From Candidatus Eiseniibacteriota bacterium (GTDB lineage Bacteria; Eisenbacteria; RBG-16-71-46; SZUA-252): 64,000 bases of DNA. This document shows, piece by piece, positions 21,225 through 29,774 of the stretch. Location of the stretch: the NCBI GenBank assembly GCA_036380835.1, contig DASVDZ010000081.1, positions 18,749 to 82,748 of the forward strand, written 5' to 3'. The first letter of the stretch is position 1, and every line of letters starts with the position of its first letter. A program made the translations under genes and the position numbers. Under the pieces are notes generated by a model. That model had not been told where the DNA came from, made no database searches, and saw only the letters and a program-made list of their open reading frames with translations.

Positions 21225-21827
21225 GTGGTCCCATCCGTGACCGACGAGGAACTCGTCCAGAGGGCGCAGCGAGACGACGATCGTTCCTTCGGTGAGCTCG
21301 TCACGCGATATGAAACCAAGGTCTACAGCCTGGCCCTCAAGATGCTGCGCAACCCGGAGGACGCCGAGGACGTGCTCCAGGAGACGTTTCTGCGCGCCTA
21401 TCGGGGGATCAAGTCGTTCCAGGGCCATTCGACCTTTTCGACCTGGATCTACCGCATCACGGCCAACTCGGCCCTGATGAAGCTGAGGAAGAAGCAGCTT
21501 CCGACGGTGTCGATCGACGACGCCGACGAGCGGGAGGCGCCGATCAACATCGCCGACTGGGCTCCCGGCCCCGTCGAGCGGCTGATGAGCGAGGAGACGA
21601 GGAAGGCGATGGAAGACGCGATCGAGGCGCTGCCCCCCGAGTTCCGGCAGGTCTTCATCCTGCGGGACGTCGAGGAGCTGTCGAACGCCGAGGTGGCCGA
21701 CGTGCTCGACCTGTCGGTGGCCGCCGTGAAGTCGCGGCTCCACCGCGCCCGACTCAAGGTTCGAAACCGGCTCGCGCAGTACTTCAACGAGTCGAAAACG
21801 GGACGCGCCATGGGAGCCAAGACATGA
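21225..21827 (+). CDS. ECF-type RNA polymerase sigma factor (sigma-70 regions 2 and 4)
   Basis: Region 2 [20 protein letters not shown] and region 4 ...[25 protein letters not shown]... Confidence 0.9.
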   Translation: MVPSVTDEELVQRAQRDDDRSFGELVTRYETKVYSLALKMLRNPEDAEDVLQETFLRAYRGIKSFQGHSTFSTWIYRITANSALMKLRKKQLPTVSIDDADEREAPINIADWAPGPVERLMSEETRKAMEDAIEALPPEFRQVFILRDVEELSNAEVADVLDLSVAAVKSRLHRARLKVRNRLAQYFNESKTGRAMGAKT

Positions 21828-22096
21828 TGACGTGCAAGGAGGTCCTCGATTCGCTGTCCGCCTACCTCGACGCGGAGCTCAAACAGGAGGTCGCGTCGGA
21901 GATGCACAAGCACATCGGAATGTGCAGCGATTGCCGGGCCGAGTTCGATTCCCTCACGATGACCATCAAGCTCTACCACCACGCCTCTACGCCGGCGATG
22001 CCCACCGAATGCCACGACCGTCTCATCAAGGTGCTCGAGCTGGAGCGCCTGAAGCCGAAGCGCGAGTCCCGCGACCCGTCCGCATCCGACGCCTAG
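21824..22096 (+). CDS. Zinc-binding anti-sigma factor (ZAS, HxxxCxxC) without a TM segment
   Basis: Its ATG overlaps the sigma factor stop (ATGA). Motif H-IGM-C-SD-C, plus upstream C4 and a downstream C...H. 90 aa, no hydrophobic helix. Confidence 0.65.
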   Translation: MMTCKEVLDSLSAYLDAELKQEVASEMHKHIGMCSDCRAEFDSLTMTIKLYHHASTPAMPTECHDRLIKVLELERLKPKRESRDPSASDA

Positions 22097-22118
22097 GGCG
22101 CCCCGGACCCGCGGCCCG

Positions 22119-23093
22119 ATGTCCTCCGCCGCTCCGCTCCGAATCCGGCTCTTCCGCCCGCAGAACCAGCTCGGCGACCTGCTCCTGAACGTCCCGGCCA
22201 TCCGGGCGATCCGCGAACGCTACCCCGCCGCCCACATCACGCTCGTCGTCGGGCGCCAGAACGCGTCCGCCGTCCTGGGACAGCCCTGGGCCGACGAGAT
22301 TCGCGTGGTGGACACGCGAAACTTCCTCGGCGTGCTCCGGGCGTCGCTCGCGCCGGCGAGGCGCACCGACCTCGCGATCTACTTCACGACGGTTTCCTAT
22401 TCGCGGAGCGGCGCGTTCCTGGTCCGGCGGTCGCGCGCGCGGGACCGGATCGGGTTCGATCCGATCCGCTATGCCGAGCGGGATCGCGCCGCCCTGACGC
22501 GCGCCGTCGACTATCCCGCGGGCGCGCCGCATCAGGCGGAGGTCACCCTCGCGCTCGCCCGCGCGGCCGGGGCGGCTGGGCCGCCGCCCCCGCCCCCGTA
22601 CTACCTTCCCGACCGTGATCTCGCCTCACGGGCGCCGGAGGGAGTGGTCTACGTGCATCCGGGCGCGGGGAAGCTCAAGAACCGCTGGCCCGCCGCCCGA
22701 TTCGCGACGGTCGCGGCGGAGCTCCTGGCGCGCGGACACGACGTGAGGCTGATCGAGGGACCGCAGGACGCGGGGACGACCGGCGCCGTCAGCGCGGCGG
22801 TGGGGCGCGCGCTTCCGGTGGTCCGTGGCGAGACGATTCCGATGCTCGCGGCCCGGTTCTCACGCGCCGCGCTCTACGTCGGCAACGACACGGGACCGCT
22901 CCACCTGGCCGGGGCCGTCGGGTGCCCGACCGTGGGGATCTACGGGTGGTCCGATCCCAACGAATGGAAGCCGGTCGGCCGCTGTGTGCGCTGGGCGCGC
23001 GCGGCCGACCACGAACTCGAATCGGTGGCGGCGGCGGACGTGCTCGACCGGGCGCTGCCGCTCTTGACGGAGGAACCATGCGCGAAGGGTTGA
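22119..23093 (+). CDS. Glycosyltransferase family 9 (LPS heptosyltransferase-like)
   Basis: Overall GT9 fold signature: ...LRIRLFRPQNQLGDLLLNVPAIRAIRERYP... at the N-terminus and ...VGNDTGPLHLAGAVGCPTVGIYG... at the C-terminus. Confidence 0.7.
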   Translation: MSSAAPLRIRLFRPQNQLGDLLLNVPAIRAIRERYPAAHITLVVGRQNASAVLGQPWADEIRVVDTRNFLGVLRASLAPARRTDLAIYFTTVSYSRSGAFLVRRSRARDRIGFDPIRYAERDRAALTRAVDYPAGAPHQAEVTLALARAAGAAGPPPPPPYYLPDRDLASRAPEGVVYVHPGAGKLKNRWPAARFATVAAELLARGHDVRLIEGPQDAGTTGAVSAAVGRALPVVRGETIPMLAARFSRAALYVGNDTGPLHLAGAVGCPTVGIYGWSDPNEWKPVGRCVRWARAADHELESVAAADVLDRALPLLTEEPCAKG

Positions 23094-25075
23094 GGGGTCG
23101 CGTGCGAGGGATCGCGCGCGCGGCGGGGGTGGCGGCGGTCGCGACGCTCCTCGTGGGGCTCCCGAGCACGGGGCGCGCGGCACCGGCGGCGACGGCGAAA
23201 CGGTTCACGCTGGGTCCTTGGACGTCGGGCGACCCCATGCTCGCGACCATCGCCGACCGCGAGGCCGCGCGGGACACCGCCGGGATCGCTGGCGCGATCC
23301 TCTCGACTCGTACCGAGCCGTCGGTTCGCGCCGCCGGGGCCCGGGCGCTCGGCAGGATCCAGAGCCGCGGGTCGGTGCCCGTTCTGGTCCGGCTGATCCA
23401 GGACCGGACCCCATCGGTTCGCCGGGAGGCGGCGTTCGCGCTCGGCCTGATCGGCGATTCCCTGGCGGCGCCGGCCCTCGCGTCGCGTCTCGGGGCCGAG
23501 CCCGACCCCGCGACGAGGGTCGCGATCGTGACCGCGCTCGGATACCTGGGCGCGCGCTCGAGCGGGCCGGCCCTCCTCCGCTCGCTTCGGGGGCCCCGCG
23601 CCGCGGAGCGGGAGGCCGCCGCGCTCGCGGCGGCCCGATCGCGCGACTCGACGCTGGTCGCGCCGCTCCTCCGCCTCGCGAAGGATCCGCGGGTCGACGC
23701 GCGCTGGCGCGCCGCGTACGCGCTCGGAAGGATCGGGGACCGGAGCGCGGCGCCGACGCTTCGCCTCATGATCCGGGACCGGGCCGAGATCGTCCGCTCC
23801 ATGGCGTCGCGCGCGCTCGGCGAGGTCGGCGACTCCGCCGCGGCGCCACGCCTGGTCGGCCTCTTCCGCGATCCGTCCTGGCGCGTGCGGGTGAACGCGG
23901 CCCACGCCCTGGCCGCGATCCATGGAACGAGCGACGCGCGATCGGTCCGCCCGCTCCTCGCCGATTCGAGCGCGCAGGTGCGGTGGGAGGCGGCGCTCGC
24001 CCTGGGCGCGCTCGGCGACGGGGGCGCCGTCAAGAGCCTCAGGGCGGCGCTCCACGACAGCGCGACGGGCGTCGTTCAGGGCGCCGCCATGGCGCTCCTC
24101 AAGATCGAGGGGGAGGAGGCGGTGCCGGCGATCGCCCCCGCGCTCGACCTTCTGCCGCCGTTCCTCCGCTCGGGACTCGCCGAAGCGCTCGGCGATCTCT
24201 CCGGTCCGGCGTCGCTCGAGATCCTCCTCGCCCGCCTTCGGGACGGCTCCGATCCGGCGGCCGCGGCGGGGGCCGCCTCGGGCCTCGGCAAACGCTCCGG
24301 CGACCGCGGCGCGGCCCTCCCGGCGCTCCGCGAGGCGCTCGGCGCGAAGGATTTCAGCGTCGTCTGCTCCGCCGCCGAGGCGCTCGGCGCGCTCGGCGAC
24401 ACCGCGTCGGTGCCCGCGCTCGCGGCGCTCTTCCACCGGGCCGGCGCGCCCGACGACGCCGACGTGCGCGCGTCGGCGTCGACCGCGCTCGCCGCGATCA
24501 AGACCCCCGCGGCGCTCGACTCGCTCCGCCCGGCGCGCTCCGATCCCGATCGCCGGGTGCGCGGGATCGCCACCGCGGCGTTGGGGATGCCCGCCGACTC
24601 GGTCGCCGCCGAGCCCGCTCCGCCGCTCCGCGTCGATCCGCTCCCGGCGCGCCCGGCGCGCGCCGCGGTCGTCGTCACCGAGCGCGGAGCGATCCGGATC
24701 GCGCTCGATCCGGCCGCCGCCCCGCGCACGGTGGAGAACTTCGCGCGCCTCGCCCGCTCCGGCTACTTCGACGGGCTCGCCTTCCATCGGGTCGTACCCG
24801 ACTTCGTGATCCAGGACGGGTGCCCGCGCGGCGACGGCTGGGGCGGTCCCGGGTACGCGATTCCCTGCGAGTACAACGACCTCCCCTACGCGGAGGGGAC
24901 CGTCGGAATGGCGCTCTCGGGGAAGGACACCGGGGGGAGCCAGTGGTTCGTGACGCTCTCGCCGCAGCCGCGGCTGGAGGGGCGCTACACGGTCTTCGGC
25001 AAGGTCACGTCGGGGATGGGCGTGGTCGAGCGGATCATGCCCGGCGATCGGATCGTCAAGATCGTGGTGGAGTAG
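23078..25075 (+). CDS. Secreted HEAT/PBS-lyase-repeat protein fused to a C-terminal cyclophilin-type peptidyl-prolyl isomerase
   Basis: GGAGGA RBS then ATG. Signal peptide AAVATLLVGLPSTGRAAPA. About 12 repeats of V.R..AA.ALG.IGD..A...L. The C-terminal ~160 aa reads ...FHRVVPDFVIQDGCP...GTVGMALSGKDTGGSQWFVTL...YTVFGKVTSGM..., a cyclophilin fold. The 5' end overlaps the GT9 gene by 16 nt. Confidence 0.7.
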   Translation: MREGLRGRVRGIARAAGVAAVATLLVGLPSTGRAAPAATAKRFTLGPWTSGDPMLATIADREAARDTAGIAGAILSTRTEPSVRAAGARALGRIQSRGSVPVLVRLIQDRTPSVRREAAFALGLIGDSLAAPALASRLGAEPDPATRVAIVTALGYLGARSSGPALLRSLRGPRAAEREAAALAAARSRDSTLVAPLLRLAKDPRVDARWRAAYALGRIGDRSAAPTLRLMIRDRAEIVRSMASRALGEVGDSAAAPRLVGLFRDPSWRVRVNAAHALAAIHGTSDARSVRPLLADSSAQVRWEAALALGALGDGGAVKSLRAALHDSATGVVQGAAMALLKIEGEEAVPAIAPALDLLPPFLRSGLAEALGDLSGPASLEILLARLRDGSDPAAAAGAASGLGKRSGDRGAALPALREALGAKDFSVVCSAAEALGALGDTASVPALAALFHRAGAPDDADVRASASTALAAIKTPAALDSLRPARSDPDRRVRGIATAALGMPADSVAAEPAPPLRVDPLPARPARAAVVVTERGAIRIALDPAAAPRTVENFARLARSGYFDGLAFHRVVPDFVIQDGCPRGDGWGGPGYAIPCEYNDLPYAEGTVGMALSGKDTGGSQWFVTLSPQPRLEGRYTVFGKVTSGMGVVERIMPGDRIVKIVVE

Positions 25076-25087
25076 CGAGCCGGACGG

Positions 25088-25969
25088 CTACGTCAGCGCC
25101 AGCACCAGCCGTTCGAGGAAGCGCTTGAGCGGCGTCGCCGCGGCCGCGACCGCCGCCGTCACGTCCTCGTGCGCGAGCCGCGCCGCGCCCTTCCCGGCCG
25201 CTCGGTTCGTGATGCAGGAAATCGCCGCGCAGGGGACGCCGAGCGCGGCCGCCTCCGCCGCCTCGGCCGCGGTCGACATGCAGACGGCGTCGGCGCCCAT
25301 CCGCTCGAGCATCGCGATCTCGGCCGGCGTCTCGTAGGACGGCCCGAGCATCACGCCGAGCACCCCCCGCTCGAGGCGGACGCCCGCGACGACCGCGGCG
25401 TGCGCGGCCTTCGCGAGCAGCTCCTCCGCGTAGACGGGGCGCGACGCGAGGCCCCGCGGCCCGGCTGGGGCGCCGCTCGCGGCATCCTCCCCGTCCGGGT
25501 CGGGCGGGCGCACGGGGCGCGAGGGCCCGCGCCACTGGAGATTCACCTGGTCCTCGACCAGCATCAGCGCCCCCGGGGTCATGCGGGGCGCGATCCCTCC
25601 CGCCGCGTTCGTCAGGATGAGCGATTTGATTCCGAGCGCCGCCATGACGCGCACCACCCGCGTCACCGATTCCGCGGGATATCCCTCGTAGAGGTGGGAG
25701 CGTCCCTGCGCGACGACGACGGGCCGCCCTGACCACCGCCCGATGAGGAGGCGCCCCGAGTGGCCCGCCACCGTGGAGCGCGGCAGGCCGGGGATTTCCG
25801 CGGTGGGGAGCGCCGCGTCCCAGGCGACGCCGTCGGCGACCACGCCGAGGCCGCTCCCGAGGACGAGGCCGACTCGCGGGACGATCGACGTGCGGCGCCG
25901 GACGACGCGGAGCGCCTCCTCCGCGTCGAACGGGGCCGGCTCGGCGGGGAGCCGCCGGACGCGGCTCAC
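25088..25969 (-). CDS. punA: Purine nucleoside phosphorylase (PNP family I, trimeric type)
   Basis: ...VGLVLGSGLG..., ...GHSGRL..., ...VAQGRSHLYEGY..., ...LILTNAAGG..., ...MGADAVCMST... GTG start overlapping the upstream gene's stop (GTGA). Confidence 0.85.
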   Translation of the reverse strand: MSRVRRLPAEPAPFDAEEALRVVRRRTSIVPRVGLVLGSGLGVVADGVAWDAALPTAEIPGLPRSTVAGHSGRLLIGRWSGRPVVVAQGRSHLYEGYPAESVTRVVRVMAALGIKSLILTNAAGGIAPRMTPGALMLVEDQVNLQWRGPSRPVRPPDPDGEDAASGAPAGPRGLASRPVYAEELLAKAAHAAVVAGVRLERGVLGVMLGPSYETPAEIAMLERMGADAVCMSTAAEAAEAAALGVPCAAISCITNRAAGKGAARLAHEDVTAAVAAAATPLKRFLERLVLALT

Positions 25970-26874
25970 AGGACGTCCGGGTCGAGCCGCGCCTGGCGCG
26001 TGGTGGAGAAGCGGAGGGCGCGGCGCGACAGGAACACGAGGTAGAGGAGGCCGAGAAGGAACGGCGCCATCTCGGCCGCGATGGACCAGGCTCCCGCCCC
26101 TTCGGCGTACGGCTGCGCCGCGCGGAGGAGGGCCGGACCGGCCGCGAGGAGGATCCCGCCGGCGAACGACCAGCGCCCGGCCACCGCGCAGGCGAGCGCG
26201 AGGAAGCCGAGCGCCGCGGGCGGATTGCTCTGGGACTCGCGGACGAGGAGCGCCGCGGCGGGCAGCGTCCAGAAGGCGCCGAGCGCGATTCCCGAGAACC
26301 GGTGGATTCCGCCGCTCGAGCCGGGGACGCGTAGCGCGGGGGATTCGCCGAAGGCGCGGAGCTTGAGCCCGAACGGCGTCTGCCACATCACCCACGCCGA
26401 CAGCGCGATCAGGACCGGCGCGATCCAGAGGAACGGATTCGCGACCAGGTCCTCGGCGATCGTGCCGTCGAAGATGGTGCCGCGGACCAGACCCGGCGCG
26501 GGGAACTCGGTGAAGATGCGATAGGGGCCCGCGCGGATCACGAGGCCCAGCGCGCAGGCGGGAACGAGGCTCAGGCAGAAGGAGCCGGCCGCCATGTCGG
26601 CGCGCAGGAGTTGGAGGAGCGCCCCCGCCGCGAGGCCGAACGCGACGGCGGCCAGGGCACCGATCCCGACCGCCGCGGCGTAGCTCGACGTCCATTCGTA
26701 GCCCAGGATCAGGCCGATCATGGCCGACGCCACGCATCCCTCGACGCCCAGGCCCGAGAACCCGGCGCGCTCCCAGTAGAGGCATCCGGCGACGAGGAGC
26801 GCGAGCGCCGCCCACTCGGCGGGGAAGTGGAGGAGCGGGACCCAGTCGAACCCCGCCCCCAGAGCGCCGTTCAT
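25966..26874 (-). CDS. ABC-transporter permease (nucleoside/BMP-type family likely)
   Basis: 8-10 TM helices with permease-like loops. It sits between punA and udk. No ATPase or binding protein is adjacent. Confidence 0.5.
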   Translation of the reverse strand: MNGALGAGFDWVPLLHFPAEWAALALLVAGCLYWERAGFSGLGVEGCVASAMIGLILGYEWTSSYAAAVGIGALAAVAFGLAAGALLQLLRADMAAGSFCLSLVPACALGLVIRAGPYRIFTEFPAPGLVRGTIFDGTIAEDLVANPFLWIAPVLIALSAWVMWQTPFGLKLRAFGESPALRVPGSSGGIHRFSGIALGAFWTLPAAALLVRESQSNPPAALGFLALACAVAGRWSFAGGILLAAGPALLRAAQPYAEGAGAWSIAAEMAPFLLGLLYLVFLSRRALRFSTTRQARLDPDVL

Positions 26875-27506
26875 CGCGCGTCGGAGACGAGGGCGCGGAG
26901 CTTCGTCTTGAGCAGGTCGATCGCCACGAAGTTGTAGCCGCCCTCGGGAATGATCAAGTCGGCGTAGCGCTTCGAAGGCTCCACGAACTGGAGGTGCATC
27001 GGGCGCACGCTCGACTCGTACTGCCGGATGATCGAGTCGAGCGTCCTCCCGCGCTCGGTCAGGTCGCGCTTGAGCCGGCGGATGAACCGGACGTCGGGGT
27101 CGGCGTCCACGTAGAGCTTGATGTCCATCAGCTGCCGGAGCGCCGGATCCTCCAGGATGAGAAGCCCGTCGAGGATGATGACGCGCCGTCCGGCGGCCCG
27201 GCGCCCCTCGGGGAGCCGCGTGTGCGTGCGCATGTCGTAGACCGGCATCTCGACCGACCCGCCGTTCAGGAGCGTCTCGAGCTGCGTTCGGAGGAGGTCG
27301 CGGTCGAAGGCGTCGGGGTGATCGAAGTTCCGGTTCTCGCGCTCGCCGAGCGGGATCGCCTGGAGGTCCTTGTAATAGAAATCCTGCTCGATGAGCAGCA
27401 CCTCGTCGCCGCCAAGGTCCTCGGCGATCGCTTGGGCGACGAGCGTCTTGCCGGCCCCGGTGCCGCCGGCGATGCCGATCAGGATGCCGCGTCGACCGAG
27501 GGGCAT
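26871..27506 (-). CDS. udk: Uridine kinase
   Basis: P-loop GIAGGTGAGKT, ...NFDHPDAFD..., ...IILDGLLIL...; 211 aa. Confidence 0.9.
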   Translation of the reverse strand: MPLGRRGILIGIAGGTGAGKTLVAQAIAEDLGGDEVLLIEQDFYYKDLQAIPLGERENRNFDHPDAFDRDLLRTQLETLLNGGSVEMPVYDMRTHTRLPEGRRAAGRRVIILDGLLILEDPALRQLMDIKLYVDADPDVRFIRRLKRDLTERGRTLDSIIRQYESSVRPMHLQFVEPSKRYADLIIPEGGYNFVAIDLLKTKLRALVSDAR

Positions 27507-27511
27507 CGCGG

Positions 27512-28066
27512 CTAGGCGGTCCCCGCCTGGCGCGCGGCCCGCTCGGCTTCGATCTCCGCCTCGGTCAGCGCCGCGACATACGGAAGATGGCGGAACCGCT
27601 CCGCGTAATCGAGCCCGTACCCGACGACGAAACGGTCGGGGACGGAGAACCCGATGTAATCGAGCGGGACCTCGCGCTCCCTGCGCGAGGGCTTGTCGAG
27701 GAGCGTCGCGATCTTGACGCGGCGCGGCCCACGGCGGAGCAGCGCCTCGCGCAGGAAGGCGAGCGTGTGCCCGCTGTCGACGATGTCCTCGACGAGGACC
27801 AGGTCGCGCCCGACGACGTCCTTTTCGAGGTCCTTCAGGAGCCGAGGCGAGCGGCTCGATTCCGCCGAGGCGCGATAGGAGGAGATGCTGACGAAGTCGA
27901 TCTCGTGGGGGATCGGAAGGGCCTTCATGAGATCCGCGACGAAGAGGATGCAGCCGTTCAGGACCCCGACCAGGAGCGGCGTCGAGTCCGGATGGTCACG
28001 CGCGATCTGCTTGCCGAGCTCGCAGACCCGCCGCTGAATGTCGGCCGCGCTGATCAGGACTTCCAT
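27512..28066 (-). CDS. hpt: Hypoxanthine-guanine phosphoribosyltransferase
   Basis: PRPP-binding motif LVLVEDIVDSGHTL and ...LLVGVLNGCILFVADL...; start at the internal ATG (MEVLISAADIQRR). Confidence 0.9.
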   Translation of the reverse strand: MEVLISAADIQRRVCELGKQIARDHPDSTPLLVGVLNGCILFVADLMKALPIPHEIDFVSISSYRASAESSRSPRLLKDLEKDVVGRDLVLVEDIVDSGHTLAFLREALLRRGPRRVKIATLLDKPSRREREVPLDYIGFSVPDRFVVGYGLDYAERFRHLPYVAALTEAEIEAERAARQAGTA

Positions 28067-28210
28067 GGGATTGTCCACGCCTCCGGTAGGAATCTGGCCG
28101 CACTCTAGCACCCGTCCCAGGGGGTGTCAAATTCCGCGCAAGTTCCATCCCGGGCAGCCGATAATCGCGAGAGCACGGGAGTCGTCCGGACCGATCAGGG
28201 AGGAACGACC

Positions 28211-28597
28211 GTGGTCAAATCAGCGGCGGAACGGCGGGCGGCGCAGCGGCGGCGGCAGGACCGCCGGGCCGAGGGCCGCATGGAGCGGCAGCTCTTCTGG
28301 ATGCTCTGGGGCGTCGGGCTCATGAACTACCTCGACGCGGGCCAGACCGTCTATCTGCTCAACGTGAAGCTGATGGTGGAGGCGAACCGGCTCATGGCCT
28401 TCCTGCTCGACCACAGCCCGTACGTCTTCTGGCTCTACAAGACGCTGGTCCCGTCGCTCGGATGCTTCCTCCTCTGGAAGTTCCATCGCCGCGTGCGGTG
28501 GATGTACGGCGCCGTCCTGACGGTCTTCGCGGTCTACGCCACGGTGGTCATCCGGAGCTTCCTCTACATGCTGCTCCCGATCCATCCGCCGGCCTAG
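28211..28597 (+). CDS. Small integral membrane protein (DUF5658-like)
   Basis: GTG start 8 nt after AGGGAGG. Basic N-terminal tail then 3 TM helices (LFWMLWGVGLMNY..., FWLYKTLVPSLGCFLLW, AVLTVFAVYATVVI). The alternative ATG is at 28280. Confidence 0.45.
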   Translation: MVKSAAERRAAQRRRQDRRAEGRMERQLFWMLWGVGLMNYLDAGQTVYLLNVKLMVEANRLMAFLLDHSPYVFWLYKTLVPSLGCFLLWKFHRRVRWMYGAVLTVFAVYATVVIRSFLYMLLPIHPPA

Positions 28598-28877
28598 CGA
28601 CCGCATCCGCGGAGACGCCGCGGCATCCAAGGCACAGCGAGACGCACGAGCGTCGGACCGGCTGCAATCAGCCGTGCAAAATGCGTCCCGCGTAAAGTCC
28701 CCCACCCCCCACGTCCCCTCCCCCGATATTTATAAGTATTTGTAATAGATGTCGATACGGAGAATCCGCGGCGCCTTCGCCTGGTGCGGATTCCGCAGTT
28801 CGCCATGGCATGGTCGGTGCGAAAGGTCGTACCAGGGGATGCCGAAGAGAGTGCCAGGGGGCGGCGAGGAGGGCTCT

Positions 28878-29690
28878 ATGGACGGAACCAAAGGGAAGTC
28901 GTATCTGAGGCTGACCGTCGATCCGGGAGTTCGCGGCCCGGTGACGCGGGAGGACGTCGGCTACTTCTTCATCAACTCGTTCCTCCTCTCGCGGATCGAC
29001 TCCGACATGCCGTCCGACCTCGCCGAATACGACGAGGACGTGAACGTCTATACCGCCTCGCTCCTCGCGGGAGTGGTGTCGGGCCGGGAGGACCTCCTGC
29101 GCGCCGACCTCGTCTCGACCCGTGACGCGGACGTCTTCGCTCGCGTCCAGGAGAGCAAGGACCGGCGGCTCCGGTACCAGGTCTACAAGGCCAACGCCGA
29201 CTTCCTCTACGTCTCGCTCGGCGTCTTCGCCGAGGGCGTGGTACCGCGCGAGCCCGTGGCGGCCTCGGAGGCCGACGCGCAACGGCTCACCGGCCGCGGG
29301 AAGTCGTACTACCATTTCGCCTCGGCCTACGCCGAGCGGCTCTACGGATCGCGCGCCGGCATCGCCGAGGTCATGGAGAAGCTCTCGCGGAACTTCGAGG
29401 CCTACACCAAGGTGATGTCCTGGATGAGCGGGGAGTACCTCAATCTCGTGCGCCGGCTGAGCGAGGGCGAGGTCTTCCACATCGAGCGGGACGCCCAAAG
29501 CCGCTTCGAGGACGCCCACAAGTCGAACACCTGGGACGAGCTGCTCGACGCGTACGTCGAGTGGCAGAAGTCGCACGCCGTCCAGGCGCGCCGGCGCCTG
29601 ACGCGCGCCGCGCGCGAGCTCAAACGGATCGATCCCCAGTTCTCGTTCCGCGCCTTCCGCGAGAAGTGGGGCTCGCCGCGCCGGACCTGA
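28878..29690 (+). CDS. Hypothetical cytoplasmic protein
   Basis: ATG 5 nt after GAGGAGGG. Balanced composition (...DVNVYTASLLAGVV...YYHFASAYAERLYG...YVEWQKSH...). I recognise no family. The N-terminal extension in track ORF 28749.. is probably non-coding. Confidence 0.5.
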   Translation: MDGTKGKSYLRLTVDPGVRGPVTREDVGYFFINSFLLSRIDSDMPSDLAEYDEDVNVYTASLLAGVVSGREDLLRADLVSTRDADVFARVQESKDRRLRYQVYKANADFLYVSLGVFAEGVVPREPVAASEADAQRLTGRGKSYYHFASAYAERLYGSRAGIAEVMEKLSRNFEAYTKVMSWMSGEYLNLVRRLSEGEVFHIERDAQSRFEDAHKSNTWDELLDAYVEWQKSHAVQARRRLTRAARELKRIDPQFSFRAFREKWGSPRRT

Positions 29691-29774
29691 TCACCGCGGG
29701 CCGCGACCGGCCCGCGCGCCGCCCGTTCCCCGCGTTTGACACGCCCCCGACCGTCCAGTAGGTTGGATCGCCTC

